A DNA stretch of 63,858 nucleotides, filler included, from Octopus bimaculoides (GCF_001194135.2; 5 parts of 5 records of this genome joined end to end with filler, not necessarily neighbours in it); one strand, 5' to 3'; shown: positions 38,968 to 51,635, counted from the whole stretch's first letter. Notes: generated by a model not told the origin, from the sequence alone. Translations and numbers: made by a program.

Positions 38968-39130
38968 CGAATAAAACATCTATACAATCGAATTGTGCTC
39001 TTCGTCTTGACTATTTACCTTCGTGAAGAGTTACATCAATCCTTTTAATATAATATTACTATTATTATTATTATTATTATTATTAATAATAATAATAATA
39101 ACAATAACAGCTATAGTAAGCAAAATTTAC

Positions 39131-39424
39131 CTTGAAGTAAAATGGTTCACCTAGCAGGGCCCTTGGATCTTCAACAAAGGTTTCCTCTTTCAAAACGATA
39201 CCAGTGGAAGTACATGGAGCAACATTGACAGTAATTGAACCTTCTTCTTCTCCTTTATAATCAGACACTAATATACAATCTTCAAACTCCAAGTTGTATG
39301 ATAAAGACTGGAGGAAAATATTAGCAGTTCCAACTAATTCCTCTTCTGGTGCCTCCCAGAATGGATCATCTTTCTGTGGAATCTTTGACACATCTTCCCC
39401 GTCTTCATAATCCTGGTAGAGTTC
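39131..39424 (-). CDS. KIF28: KIF28-like exon D (ELYQDYEDGEDVSKIPQKDDPFWEAPEE...GEPFYFK)
   Basis: Acceptor ttgcag|GAA, donor AAG|gtaaat, 294 nt, phase 0-0. DPFWE and VGTANIFLQSL...DYKGEEEG are typical of KIF28/KLP-6. Confidence 0.93.
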
Positions 39425-40060
39425 CTGCAAGCATTAATGTATAATCAATATTGTGTAATAAATATGTGAACAATTTATGAAAAAAAAAAAAAATTTCTAA
39501 TTAAAACTATAGTAATTGATATATCATGGTAGAGTCATGATATTAAATACACAGACACACATGTGCTTATATATATATGCTTATATAAATGTATTTATGC
39601 ATAAGCCTATGTATACATGCATATTAGTATGCATATATATATATATATATCTATAACTATGTGTATATATGTATGTTTATGCGTGTGCACACACACACTA
39701 TGCAAATAATTAGCATGAGCCCTACTTTGCCAGATATTTTCAAAGTCTCAATGACTATCCATGTTGACCTGGCTGATTTCCCTGCTTTCATATTGTTAGT
39801 CATGCTTTTGCTGTACAGTGATCAACTTCAGTAGCTGATCTCTCTCTTGTGTCTATCTGGAATAGACCATCTCTCTCTGATGCATTCACTCATAGTGACA
39901 TTTCCATGCCTTCATCTTTTGAGTATCACTGATTGCAAGTTTGCTGCTGTCATTTTGAACATTCTTTGTCTCAATTCACACTGACACACTGATAATGTAA
40001 TGAGGCTATTGCATACAAACTCTTAGAACTAATTATATGAATACATTCTATTAGACTTAC

Positions 40061-40148
40061 CTGCATTAAATACCTGCGATTCATGAAACGACCACGTTCC
40101 CAGAACCACACATTCTCTGTCAACAAATCTGTCATTTTTACCATTACA
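40061..40148 (-). CDS. KIF28: KIF28-like exon C (VMVKMTDLLTENVWFWERGRFMNRRYLMQ)
   Basis: Acceptor ttcttcttattag|T, donor CAG|gtaagt, 88 nt, phase 2-0. W..GRFMNRRYLMQ resembles the KIF1B-type domain of kinesin-3. Confidence 0.92.
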
Positions 40149-41084
40149 CTAATAAGAAGAAACATAAAAGATAAACTGATGTATTTATTCATGATCACCA
40201 TCACCACTAACATCAGCGTTTAACTTTTTAGCATTCAGATTATCAAATGTAAAGCATGTTTATCCATACAGTTTGGAATTTATCATACATTATCTTGTAA
40301 CTTTGAGATTTCAATGATGTGATTGGTTATTTTTAGAATAACATTGTAGGGTAGATGTAAGAAGCTGGATCTGGCCACTTTGAACACATAACAGGTAGAA
40401 TATTGGGGATCAGATGTGGATGGTTTAAATGCTAACGTCTATTTTTTCATTGTGACTTTGATTGGATGGGTTTGCAGTACAATATGATATCATTTCTTTT
40501 TGACCCCACCTTTTGCCATATCTTTTTTAGTCTTCTACTACCGTAGTTGTCTTTTACTGATTGCATATACTATTTGGTTCACTATTCGTTGTACTACAGT
40601 GCTATAACAATACAACAGTTGTCTTTCCTCTACACATCAATTAATATATACTTTAATTAGCCACTCTCACAGCTCTCTCATGCTAGTTAATGTGATATGA
40701 ACAAACAGATCATGTTCATCTCATTTCTATCTATTCATCCATCAGAATTCTTCCATATTCAATATCACATGTTTCACTACCATGTAGCATTATGCTTCTC
40801 ACACATGTGTCACACTCAGAGTCTAACCAGCATGATAAGGGAAAGTCTTTGAAGTCAGCACAGATAGCAACTTCTCAAACTTCTGCCACCCTTTCCATAC
40901 TCTGACAACTTTGCTTTCTCTGAATTTACCTCCAGCATTGATTTGCATTTAGTGATCCAGCTATACCACTCAAATCTACAGGCTTGCTATAACTATACAA
41001 TTGCATAATCATACATGTCTGGTTTAGCAACACAGGCATAGAACATTTACACAAATACTGCTTTCAGGTTTTGGCACAAGGCCA

Positions 41085-41266
41085 GCAATTTCGAGGGAAG
41101 GGTTAAGTTGATTACATTGATCCTAGTGCTCAACTGGTACTCATTTTAGTGACCCTGAAAGGATGAAAGGCAAAGTTAACCTCAGCAGATTTGAATACAA
41201 AGACAGACAAAATACCACTAAGCATTTTGTCTGGTGTGCTAACAAATCTGCCAGCTCATCGCCTTC
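41085..41266 (-). mobile_element. SINE family A
   Basis: Homologous to the other copies. Confidence 0.8.
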
Positions 41267-41884
41267 ATTTAAACAAATAATAAGACAGACATTGTATAAC
41301 TACATTAAGATGGAATATAGCTATGTGTTATAACTGCATTGAAGTAGTATATCTAAATGGACATTGTGTAGCTACATAGATATGTTGTAACTATATAATA
41401 CATTGTATTATTATTTAAACAGACTATAGTATATTGCATATTTATTTCTGTATGTTATGATATTACTTGGTTTGCTTAAAGAAATTTAAGCCCTTTCATT
41501 TGTTAATGCCTTCATATTTTAGCAGAACAAGTTTTATTCAACTCAGTAATATCTGACTAGAGTTCCAAGAGGATCTGAAGCCAAATTAAGGCATTAATGT
41601 CATATAGGTTGCACAGTGAATCCATTAGACTCCTATGTGTGGAGTGTTGTTGACAGAGAGATGTCAGTCAATGTCCCCATAACACCAAGGAATCTTTGAG
41701 AGCCGCCATAGTCAGAGTAATGTGAACCAGGACCATTTATTTCAGGTATGTAGACAATTCAGATCTCACATAGAAGAAGTTATTGATGCTGAAGATGATT
41801 ACGTTGAATAAGATTATAAGGAAGATAATCTAGTTCATATGTACACATTTTTTATATCAATAAAGTTGTTTTCTAATATTATAC

Positions 41885-42297
41885 TCTTTACTCTTTTACT
41901 TGTTTCAGTCATTTGACTGCGGCCATGCTGGAACACCGCCTTTTAGTCGAGCAAATTGACCCCAGGACTTATTCTTTGGAAGCCTGGTACTTATTCTATC
42001 GGTCTCTTTTGCCAAACCGCTAAGTTACGGGGACGTAAACACACCACAATCGGTTGTCAAGCGATGCTGGGGGGACAAACACAGACACACAAACATATAC
42101 ACACACACGCACATACATATATATACATATGTGCGACAGGCGTCTTTCAGTTTCCGTCTACCAAATCCACTCACAAGGCTTTGGTCGGCCCGAGGCTATA
42201 GTAGAAGACACTTACCCAAGGTGCCACGCAGTGAGAATGAACCTGGAACTATGTGGTTGGTAAGCAAGCTACTTACCACACAGCCACTCCTGCGCCT
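41885..42297 (-). mobile_element. tRNA-derived SINE, family B (internal microsatellite), near full length
   Basis: On the minus strand: ggcgcaggagtggctgtgtggtaagtagcttgc...ggaaactgaaagacgcc...gcatggccgcagtcaaatgactgaaacaagtaaaagag. Confidence 0.88.
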
Positions 42298-42717
42298 ATA
42301 TTATATGTATGTTTTTCTAAAATAGCACATTTGTCTTCAAATATCTTACACACTCTGTATGTGTGGAAGCCATTTTAGATGTGACAATGTAATAAGTGTA
42401 AATAAGATTGGAAAATCTCGTGGAGCAGATCTCATTTTTCTGTTGTCTACCCCATAATTAAGACATTATTCTCAAGTAGATTGCATAGTGAAACCAAAGA
42501 CTCAGTGTTCAGTAACACAACAACACTAATAAAATAACTATTCATGATTTAGTTGAGATAACTGACACACATTGGCTGACACCTTTATTACCCAAATGGT
42601 TCAAGAGTTTCTATCATGAGATAGTAAATTCACTTGAATATTCTTTGGTATTCTGAATAAATACCTTCAACAAAAGAATAAGAATTTCAGCTCTGTAGTA
42701 GATAAAACAAAACTTAC

Positions 42718-42874
42718 TCAATATTTTTTTCATTGTCTCCACGTCCCTGTTGGGCGGCAGATGACATTAGGACCACTTCAAATGATTTATATTTGTTAAG
42801 TTCATCAGACAAAGCATTCACTTCTGATACCATTGGCAGAATCTCCAAGACATTCTCCTGAGTGATTTGTTGGT
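42718..42874 (-). CDS. KIF28: KIF28-like exon B (DQQITQENVLEILPMVSEVNALSDELNKYKSFEVVLMS...)
   Basis: Acceptor acattaaag|AC, donor GA|gtaagt, 157 nt, phase 1-2, in frame with exons A and C. LPMVSEVNALSDEL is the conserved kinesin-3 stalk motif. Confidence 0.9.
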
Positions 42875-42892
42875 CTTTAATGTAAAATAATA

Positions 42893-42940
<48 letters not shown>

Positions 42941-43504
42941 TATACAAAACCAAATATATGGCACCCTAAACATAACACCAACATGAACTTCTAACTTGTT
43001 GTCTCTTGAAACGTCTGGGTGAGACTTGGAGCCAACTTGTACAAATGCAAAGCAAAACTCAAACATACAGAAATAATAATAATAATAACAGTAAGGTAAC
43101 AGAAACAATTTCTCTTAGGAAGGTAAGAGCCTGTTTTTCTATATATATGAGAGTATAATTAAACCAACTACATTATATTGATTTCTCAAGTAAAAAATCA
43201 AAAATTTATAAGGGATGGGAATAAAATTATATAAAGATATTGAAGACTTTTTCAAGAAAGTTAGCTGACTCAACACAGTATTTTATAAATGCTTTGATGC
43301 TATTAACAACAGCCATTCCATCTTTTATTTTATGGTACTGTCATTAACTTGACTGGTAAATTGCCTAGAGCCAATTCTTATTTGCTTGGACTCTATTTCC
43401 CTTCATTTGACATGATATTTTGGGTATCTTGTCTAGTCTGAGCACTAATTATCTCTATCTATTATATGCCTTTTTTAACATATTCTTGCCCATTATACTG
43501 CTTT

Positions 43505-43710
43505 CAAGTTTTGGCACAAGGCCAGCAATTTCAGGGAGGGGATAGGTAGATTAGATTAACCCCAGTGCAACTGGTACTTAATTTATCAATCTCAAAAGGA
43601 TGAAAGGCAAAGTCGACCTCAGTGGAATTTGAACTCAGAATGTAAAGACAGGCGAAATGCTGCTAAGTATTTTGCTCAGCGTGCTAATGATTCTGCCAGC
43701 TCGCTACCTT
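43505..43710 (-). mobile_element. SINE family A
   Basis: Homologous to the other copies. Confidence 0.85.
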
Positions 43711-43791
43711 AATTCTTACTCATTATATTAAACTCATGTAAGAATTTTAATTTTTCCTCTTTTGTTTTATACTGTGTATAGCTGCCTTCAT

Positions 43792-43841
<50 letters not shown>

Positions 43842-44052
43842 TTATACACACACACATACACCCATATTATGAGAGAATGAAAATGGATTCATGAAACGCT
43901 TTAATATTCATCATGAACGTTTTGAGCCATTGTACAGCAGACTTTAAACGGCATATTACTAGGTGTATACACAAATTTAAAACACACACACATACACATT
44001 GAAAAGCAAATAAAAAATTTTGTGTTTAAATAAGAATGAAATATCAGATAAC

Positions 44053-44199
44053 CTTTTGTAAGTCCACTTAACATAGCTTCTGCATACCCTGAGGCCATGG
44101 CTATTTCTTTCTGTGCATATTCCCATGAAATATCCTTTGGTAAATTAGGATCTTGATCCACGACAAAAGGGTTCACAAAGAGATATAAGTGGTTTGAGC
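44053..44199 (-). CDS. KIF28: KIF28-like kinesin-3, internal exon A (end of FHA region; (G)SNHLYLFVNP...SWEYAQKEIAMASG...GLTK)
   Basis: Acceptor tttttttctag|GC, donor AAG|gttatc, 147 nt, phase 1-1. GSNHLYLFVNP and WEYAQKEI match the post-FHA motifs of kinesin-3 proteins. Upstream motor-domain exons are absent from this scaffold. Confidence 0.9.
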
Positions 44200-44531
44200 C
44201 TAGAAAAAAAAGAAACATGTATTTTTAGATTATAATTTCGCTGCTGTAAAGTAAAACATTATAAATATTCAAAGTCTTAATTCTTTTATCTAAAAAGCAA
44301 TCAGTACATGCTGTAAAGGGGTTGGCATTAGGAAGAGCATCCAGCTGTAGAAACCATCTCAAAGCAGATGATAGAGCATAATGCAGTCCTTAGGGCCATT
44401 GGTTCCTGCCAAACCATCAAACCATCCTGCAACAGATCAGCATCCTATCCAGGTGCAGGAACCAGGAAACTCACATACACACACACACACAAACATATAT
44501 ATATATATATATGTATGTATGTATGTATGTA

Positions 44532-44631
44532 NNNNNNNNNNNNNNNNNNNNNNNNNNNNNNNNNNNNNNNNNNNNTTAATTAATTAANNNNNNNNNNNNN
44601 NNNNNNNNNNNNNNNNNNNNNNNNNNNNNNN
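44532..44631. other. Artificial scaffold spacer
   Basis: 44N-TTAATTAATTAA-44N. Confidence 0.95.
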
Positions 44632-44652
44632 TGTGGCGACGGCGGTGGTCAT
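44632..44652 (-). CDS. Candidate start of a gene (MTTAVAT...), cut by the scaffold edge
   Basis: First ATG after the TATA box, A at -3 (ccaacgATG). Only 7 codons are visible. Confidence 0.3.
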
Positions 44653-44770
44653 CGTTGGCTGGACGAAGCTGTTGAAGTGGTCGCTGGAACTGCTGCTGCT
44701 GTCGTGTGGTACACGGAACAGTTCTCAAAGAGAAACTGGACCGAGACAAATTTGGTTGCCGAGTTAAAGC

Positions 44771-44914
44771 TATTTATAACAAACTATGGGCTCCCGATGG
44801 CTTCAGAATTTTACTCTATCACGTGACCTTATTAGGGGCCGTGATTGGTCAGTTTGCGTTCTGGCGGGAAAGGTTCGTAGAATTTGCCGATTCGAATAAT
44901 GATCAGTCACGTGA
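44771..44914 (-). promoter_or_regulatory. Candidate Pol II promoter: TATAAATA (44771-44778), GTCACGTGA x2 (44819-44827, 44906-44914), CCAAT (44844-44848), E2F-type TTTCCCGC (44864-44871)
   Basis: The motifs are read directly and are in the expected order upstream of a GC-rich segment. The first minus-strand ATG downstream of the TATA box is at 44652. Confidence 0.6.
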
Positions 44915-45109
44915 TGACAAGGAATGGGTTCTCTACTACGCTCGCATTTATTTATATTTAAATGAGAAGATTGTATGTAATGGCGATAGTAGTTTTGTAT
45001 CTAGTGGCGGGAGGTAGTTTCACTACATATATATATATATATATATGCATGTATATATATATGCATGTATATATGTAGAGATAGAGAAAGAGAAAGACAG
45101 ACAGATAGA

Positions 45110-45270
45110 CAGAGACAAAGTTCCACGCCATTTCTGCTTACAAAATTCACTTACAAAGCATCGGTTGGCCTGAGACCATATCCGAGGTCATTGGTCAAAC
45201 CTGCTGTGCAGGGGTACTGAACGAAAATACCCGTGACTGCGAAACTAGCTACTTAAGTATACAGTCATGC
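45110..45270 (-). mobile_element. SINE family B fragment, degenerate
   Basis: aaattcacttacaaagcatcggttggcctgagacc. Confidence 0.55.
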
Positions 45271-46977
45271 CTTTATCATCGATGATATTTCTTTTTAGAT
45301 ATTCACTTTAGACATGCCTAATGTTTCCAAAATCGAATGGTGTCAAATCCTGCTGAAAATACATGAGTCTGCTAAGAATTATGTTAAAACGAAATAAATT
45401 AAGAGAAATTCTGCGTTAAAATTTGCACATAACCATCGGCATCCATAGTTCAAATACTATGGATGATTAAATTACAAATCCATTATTTGTATTATAGTGC
45501 ATTGTAGTGTCATTCAAAATATTTTATTCTTTACAAACAATGGTATTATGTTTTTCATTGTGGTTGTATGGTCGCTTGCAGTATGAAACTCACAGGTGTA
45601 TCACTGGATTAATCTTTCCATTGAAAAGTTGCCTCATCTAACTAAACTGTGTGATCTACAATATATGACAACCATCATTACGGAAGAACACCAACAGTCT
45701 CTTGAAGAGTTTAGTTGAATGATCAAAATTGTTTGGTACGAGTGTGGAGTTAAAGTAATTATTCGCTTGTAATCAACCACGCATAAGAGAAATCTGGGGA
45801 AATTGTGCGTCAACATATATTTCAGAATGTTAAAATACTACTTATGAAAGGAAAGCTTTAAATTACGCAGAACGTATGAAACGAAGGTTTACTAACAGTC
45901 TGAGAACAACCATGTACGCTTTAGAGAAACTTATGAAAATATTTTGGACAGACAAAGGGTTAAAAAGGGGAACACACACACCAATACACACTTTGTGCCT
46001 CAGCATGGCCGTGGCCCAATGAATGATGCAAGTAGAAAAAATAAAAGGGTACATCGAATATCAAAATCAAAGTAAATAGAGAAAAATAAGGAAGTAAGTA
46101 AAATAAGAAAAATATATTGAAACCAGATTCTGCAAAAGAGTGACAAGGGATTTCTGTCAACACCCTAGAAAGTGTTCATTGAATAGGTCAATCCCTCTTG
46201 TTCTCAACAAGTGTTGTATGTTTATCCTATCTTTGACAAGAATCCACTAGAGAGATGACAAACAGGGATAGTGAAGAAATGAAGAAAATTGCTGGAGATA
46301 AGTAGGCAATTTATACATATACATACATAAGCTTACACACACTCCGTATGTGTGCTCGAGCGCGTGTGTGAACGTACGTGAGTGTGTATGTGTGTGAGCG
46401 TACGTGAGCGCGTGTGTGTGTAATGCATATAATAACAAACTTCTTCATATACCCAGTTCATGTTTGTGTTTGTGCGTGTGAGTATGGCTGTATAAGTGTT
46501 GCGTGTATCTATTTAAGGTACGACGAAGTTTGTCAACACATGCTGTTGAAGAATATCTTGCTTATCAAATTAGAATATTGGATACTAAGAAAAAATTTTT
46601 TTTTCTAACAGATAACATCCAGTGTTGAATTTCTGTTGATTAACGCCACTACTGCTGCCATTGGTGTTGCTGTTATTTTTGTTGTCACCCTTTCTATTTT
46701 TACGTACAAGGTAGTCCTCAATCGATATTGAAGTATCCTCTTTCTAAGGCGTCCAATAGCTACTAAATCCTTAAGCCCTAGATCTGATCTTATCGAGGAT
46801 ACCTATACTGTCTTTTTCTCTGAGGTTATTCTTCTGCCTCAACGTAGCTTGGTCTATATCAGTGCTCCGCAGTCGTTTTTTCACTTGCTGTACACTTAAA
46901 TTCTTTCCAAAATTCGACAGCACACCTGAACTAAAGATATAAGGAAAAGTACAGGGAAAAAATTATATTCAGGTTAC

Positions 46978-47110
46978 ACTACGGCACATCTAACCTCATC
47001 TCGTGGCACAGCAGTATGCCGCAGCATGCCGGTTGCAGAGCACTGTTCTATATCAGTGGTTCTCAATCCGGGTTCATATGACCCTTGGAGTGGGGTCTAT
47101 ATAAGTTTCT
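46978..47110 (+). mobile_element. Two abutting hAT termini separated by 8 bp
   Basis: ...ggttgcagagcactg (ends 47045), TTCTATAT, cagtggttctcaatcc (starts 47054). Confidence 0.6.
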
Positions 47111-47224
47111 GTCATTAAAATTTATGCCCTCCAAAATGGTTATTCTTCTCCAATACGCAAAATATTTCGACATTTTTTTTTATAAAGTTCCTTATAATAT
47201 TTTATTATATATATATAAAAAAAA

Positions 47225-47445
47225 AAGGCTGCGAGCTAGCAGAATCCTTAGCACAGTGGACAAAATGCTTGGAGGTATTTCTCCCGTCACTACGGTCTGA
47301 GTTCAAATTCCACCGAGATCGACTTTGCCTTTCATCCTTTCGGGGTGGATAAATTAAGTACCAGTGAAACACTAGAATCGATGTAATCGACTTGTTCCTT
47401 CCCGGCAAAATTTCAAAGCCTTGTGCCTTCAGTAGAAAGAATATT
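47225..47445 (+). mobile_element. SINE family A
   Basis: aaggctgcgagctagcaga...gcctttcatcctttcgggg...ccttgtgccttcagtagaaag. Confidence 0.85.
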
Positions 47446-49242
47446 TAATTATAAAAAATATAACAAGATTATTTAAAGAACGAATGGCTATGGAGTTCCA
47501 CCTGAGTAAAATAGGAATGAAAGGAATCAATAGGCAAACAATAGCTGTGGACCACTGGTCTATATTATCCAATGACCACTTTTTAAAGTTTCCAGTGTGT
47601 AGTTTGAATAACAGTTAACTGATATAAATTCCTCCCATATTGCAGCAGTTGCATCACAGTTCTGATCAAGTGTTCTTGTTTGCAGCTAAATTCAGTATAA
47701 TTTACAAGATAGCTCTGTAGCCTTCGAGGATCATCAGGGCTTGCAATGTCTATGCAAACACTGCCTTACTACATGTTATGGTGTGTTACTTCTGCACTCA
47801 CCATCTACTTTTACTCTCCTACAATGGTAACGACGAGCCAAAGGAGACCAAAAGTTTAGCAGCGTCGGCCGTAAATCTTGTTTCGTTTCCACTTATAATG
47901 TAAAAACCAGACCATACTCGTATACATGACTCCAAGACTGCAACGACTGAATCACTGTTTTGATTAAGCCTCTTGTGGTCTTCGAGAGTCACCAGGGCTT
48001 CTACTGACCCAAAACAAATGCGAGCCGGAGGGTTTCGTCGCTCTGAGAGCAAGCCGTACGGGCTCGACAAATTTCACTTCGATGGCTGTAGAATTTATTT
48101 CAAACTGTCAATGCTTCCAGAAGAGACAATCTATTTGACCGCCAGAATTACCCAATAACATAGTCGTTCTTCTTCAACACCAGTCTTCAATAGAGTGCTA
48201 ACACCAGCTCAACGCCATGGTGCAGACGGTGCAGCATCAGCATATATCTGCACATCATTAGCTACTGCATACCAAATTTTCTGTGCAGGGGTATTTGACA
48301 GCAGAGTCTTAGTCTGGCTCAGTCGAATGCATCCCTTCTACAATAAGCGAAAGATTGAAGTTCCAACTGGTTAGATGAAAACTGGAGTAAATGTTAAACA
48401 GTCTGACTGAAATGAATAACGGAGGTGATGTATTCGCTCTGTCTGACTTGGTGTAGAATGACCATCAACAATTAATTGTTGTTCCTGTCAACGTTTTGTA
48501 TTTCCGATCACCATAGTTAACATGCTGCCCGACGCCGTTACAGTACCGTCGACCGCATGTACCAACATAGCCATTTCAGAACGCAGTCTCAGCATCTCTG
48601 CTTTCCACAGAATTGGCTTGAGAATCAGTACTTAAAGTAAGTAATAAGGGTAGATACTCTTGACAGACCGAGCGTGTAATTTGAAATGGTTCTGATTATA
48701 ACCGCGGCGGTAGTGGTGACTCACGGAACTCTTCCAAGTATTTATACAACATTTCAAATAAAGTTCTTATAGCTTCACCAAGTTCCCTTTCAATACATGA
48801 CTAAGCCTTTATCAAAAAAAAAAAGAAAAAAAAAGAATACGAGAAATAATAATATATCTCTGCCAAATTATGATGAAGACAAAACTTCGAGTGTATTCAT
48901 AGTTTTAACTATACCATTGCCTTCGTATGTATGATGGAGACATATCCTTGAAGTTGACAAATGATATAGCGATCATTCATCTAAAGTGGCCTGCTTGCTT
49001 TTATCAGTGTCATCAAGAGCAAAACACAATTCATAATATTTTATTGATATGCAAAGTGTTTTTACTTTATATATCAGATGAGACCGATTCTGTCCAGCAG
49101 TTCTATAGATATACGAGAAATAATGTCATTCGCTGAGACAGTTTGAATTTGGAGAGCTCACATCCAACTGGTATGAGGTCAGTGATCTCAAGGATGCATA
49201 TATTCATGCATTATATTCATACATGAATATATATACACGCAT

Positions 49243-49308
<66 letters not shown>

Positions 49309-50499
49309 TATATATATATATATATACACACAAAAAACGAACACACACACACACACGCACACAAATGAACACACACACACATACACACGCAAACGAACAC
49401 ACATGTCTATTTACAGTGGAACTCAAGTTCTTTAGCATGCTTTTATACATCGCGTAAATGCTGAAGGGATTTCTGAATCGCTCTCCATGCATACACACAC
49501 ACACGCACACACACACACACACACACACACGCACGCGCGCGTATGTGGTTGGTCACAGAGCCGAATGGGAGAAGGCCTTATACCAAAATATTTAAAATGC
49601 AAACACTGAAACCTTACTAGACCAAATACTACTCAGTAAATCGAGTTTGGAAATATTCCAGACAAAAATACTATCGAAACATTTTTTTTTTTTAAAAAGA
49701 TTGTAGAAAAAAGTTTATTCGATGAAAGTGTTATAACGTTTTATTTTTAATGCTACAGCAGGTTAATTATTTTACAGAAAATTAAGAACTTCTTCAAACA
49801 CTTATTTTATTGATTTCATAATGAGTTTATATGCGAAATTTATTTTTATTCTTTATATAATGCTACATCATAATAAGAAAGATAAGCAAGATATGATGAG
49901 CACATTTAGTAATGACAGATGACCAGAATAAAAATGTAAAACAAGGATACGATACCGATGACATATGTGAAAACTTAAATAATTTATCTTCCGTTCTTTA
50001 AATTCTCTCATAAAATATTTCTCTTCTTTTTTTTTTTTTTGTTATAATAATACAAACTTACCAATCAATTAAAAAGGCCGAATTTTGATAAGCAGAAAGC
50101 GCTCTGGGGCACCAGCTTCTCTCCCTTTGCCTCACTCATTCACTCCGCAGGTGAGTTATAATAATGCTCCTGTAGTGATTATAAGAAGCATTCATTGCAA
50201 AACACGCTCCTTTGAAAAATACCCCGTAAAGATGATGGATGTGTTAGTGTTATTTACTCATGCTAGGAATTTTTCGGTTTTTAATGTATATTTATATTTG
50301 CGTTTAAAGAGTACATGATTATGAACCAGATGACATTTCAGGGTACGTTGCTAGTTAAAGAGGATAGGTTAATCATTTAATCTATTTAATCATTAGGCAG
50401 TGGCCATGATGCTGTATCTCCTTGAAAGTTTAAATCGATCAAATCCACCTCAGTTCTTACTCTAAGTCTGTGACTGATTCCATCAGCTTTCTATTGCCG

Positions 50500-50905
50500 A
50501 CTCGCTAACAAACCAACACTGGTTTCAATTTGGTAGATGGAAACTGAAAGAATCCCGTCATATATATATGTGTGTGTGTCTCTGTGTGTGTTCTCTAACA
50601 CCAGTTGACAATCGGTGTTGGTGTGATTATGTCCTTATTACCTTAGCGGTTCAGCAAAAGACAACGATAGTGTTGTGTCGACGCCCCCAGACAATGAAGT
50701 AGACTAGCTCAACACGTAGATATATAGGGAGAAGTGTAGACGTCGAAGTAGCTGAGTAAAAGTCATCCGAACGTACGATATAACAGATAATATGCTTAAA
50801 AACAATTTAGTGCTGGCGTCGATTCATTTAACTAAAATTCTTCAAGACGGTGCTCCAGTATGGGGGCGGTCAAATGACTGAAACAAGAAAAAGGTAAAAG
50901 ATAAA
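50500..50905 (+). mobile_element. SINE family B 3' part
   Basis: ggaaactgaaagaatcccgtc...caaatgactgaaacaag. Confidence 0.65.
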
Positions 50906-50911
50906 GAGTAA

Positions 50912-51337
50912 GAGGCGCCGGCGTAGGTGTGCAGTAAGAAGCTTGCTTCCCAACCACATGACTCAGGGTTCAACCCCACTGCGCGGCACATTGGGCAAGT
51001 GTCTTCTATCATATCCTCCTGACGACCAAAGCCTTGTGAAAGGATTTCGTAGACGGAAACTGAAAGAATCCCGTCGTATATATGTATACACACTTATACA
51101 TACATACATATATACATGCATACATATATATACATATATATATACACGCATATATATATATGAATATATATATCTATATATATCTATTTATATATATACA
51201 CACACACATATATATACACATATATATGTATATATGTATATATATATATATACATGCACACATGTATATATACATATATTTGCATATATCAATACATAAT
51301 ACACACACACACATACACATATGCATATGTGTGTGTG

Positions 51338-51372
<35 letters not shown>

Positions 51373-51635
51373 ATTTATATGTATATTAATACATATATAT
51401 ATACACACACACATATATATATATATACATATATATGTGCGCGTGTGTGTATGTCTTTGTGTGTGTCTTTTTCCCCTTGTATTTGTGTGTTTACGTCCTC
51501 GTAACTTAGTGGTTCAACAAAGGATATCGATAGAATAAAAACCAGGCTTTAAAAAATGTACTGGGGTCGATCCATTTGACTAAAAATCTTCAAGGCCGTG
51601 TTCCAGTATCACCGTAGTCAAATAACTGGAACAGG
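50912..51635 (+). mobile_element. SINE family B with greatly expanded internal (TA)/(CA)/(TG) tract
   Basis: Head at 50912, microsatellite 51078-51450, tail to about 51635. Confidence 0.8.

Larger units (their letters stand above)
38661..39015. repeat. Long palindrome / fold-back element (167-bp arms, 21-nt centre)
   Basis: 38661-38827 is the reverse complement of 38849-39015 with 6 mismatches by manual comparison. Confidence 0.95.

Noticed and set aside
44655-44690. IRE-like CTTCAACAG in the leader before MTTAVAT (ferritin-like start)
   Set aside because: The loop reads CAGCTT rather than CAGTGN, and the 3' stem strand does not pair.
48043-48071. Hammerhead-like ctgagagc-aagcc-gtacg-ggctc-gacaaa
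   Set aside because: Both core strands deviate (CTGAGAG, GACAAA) and no stem I or III was found.
50091-50156. Strong plus-strand donor CCGCAG|GTGAGT
   Set aside because: No convincing acceptor, promoter or downstream exon within the scaffold.
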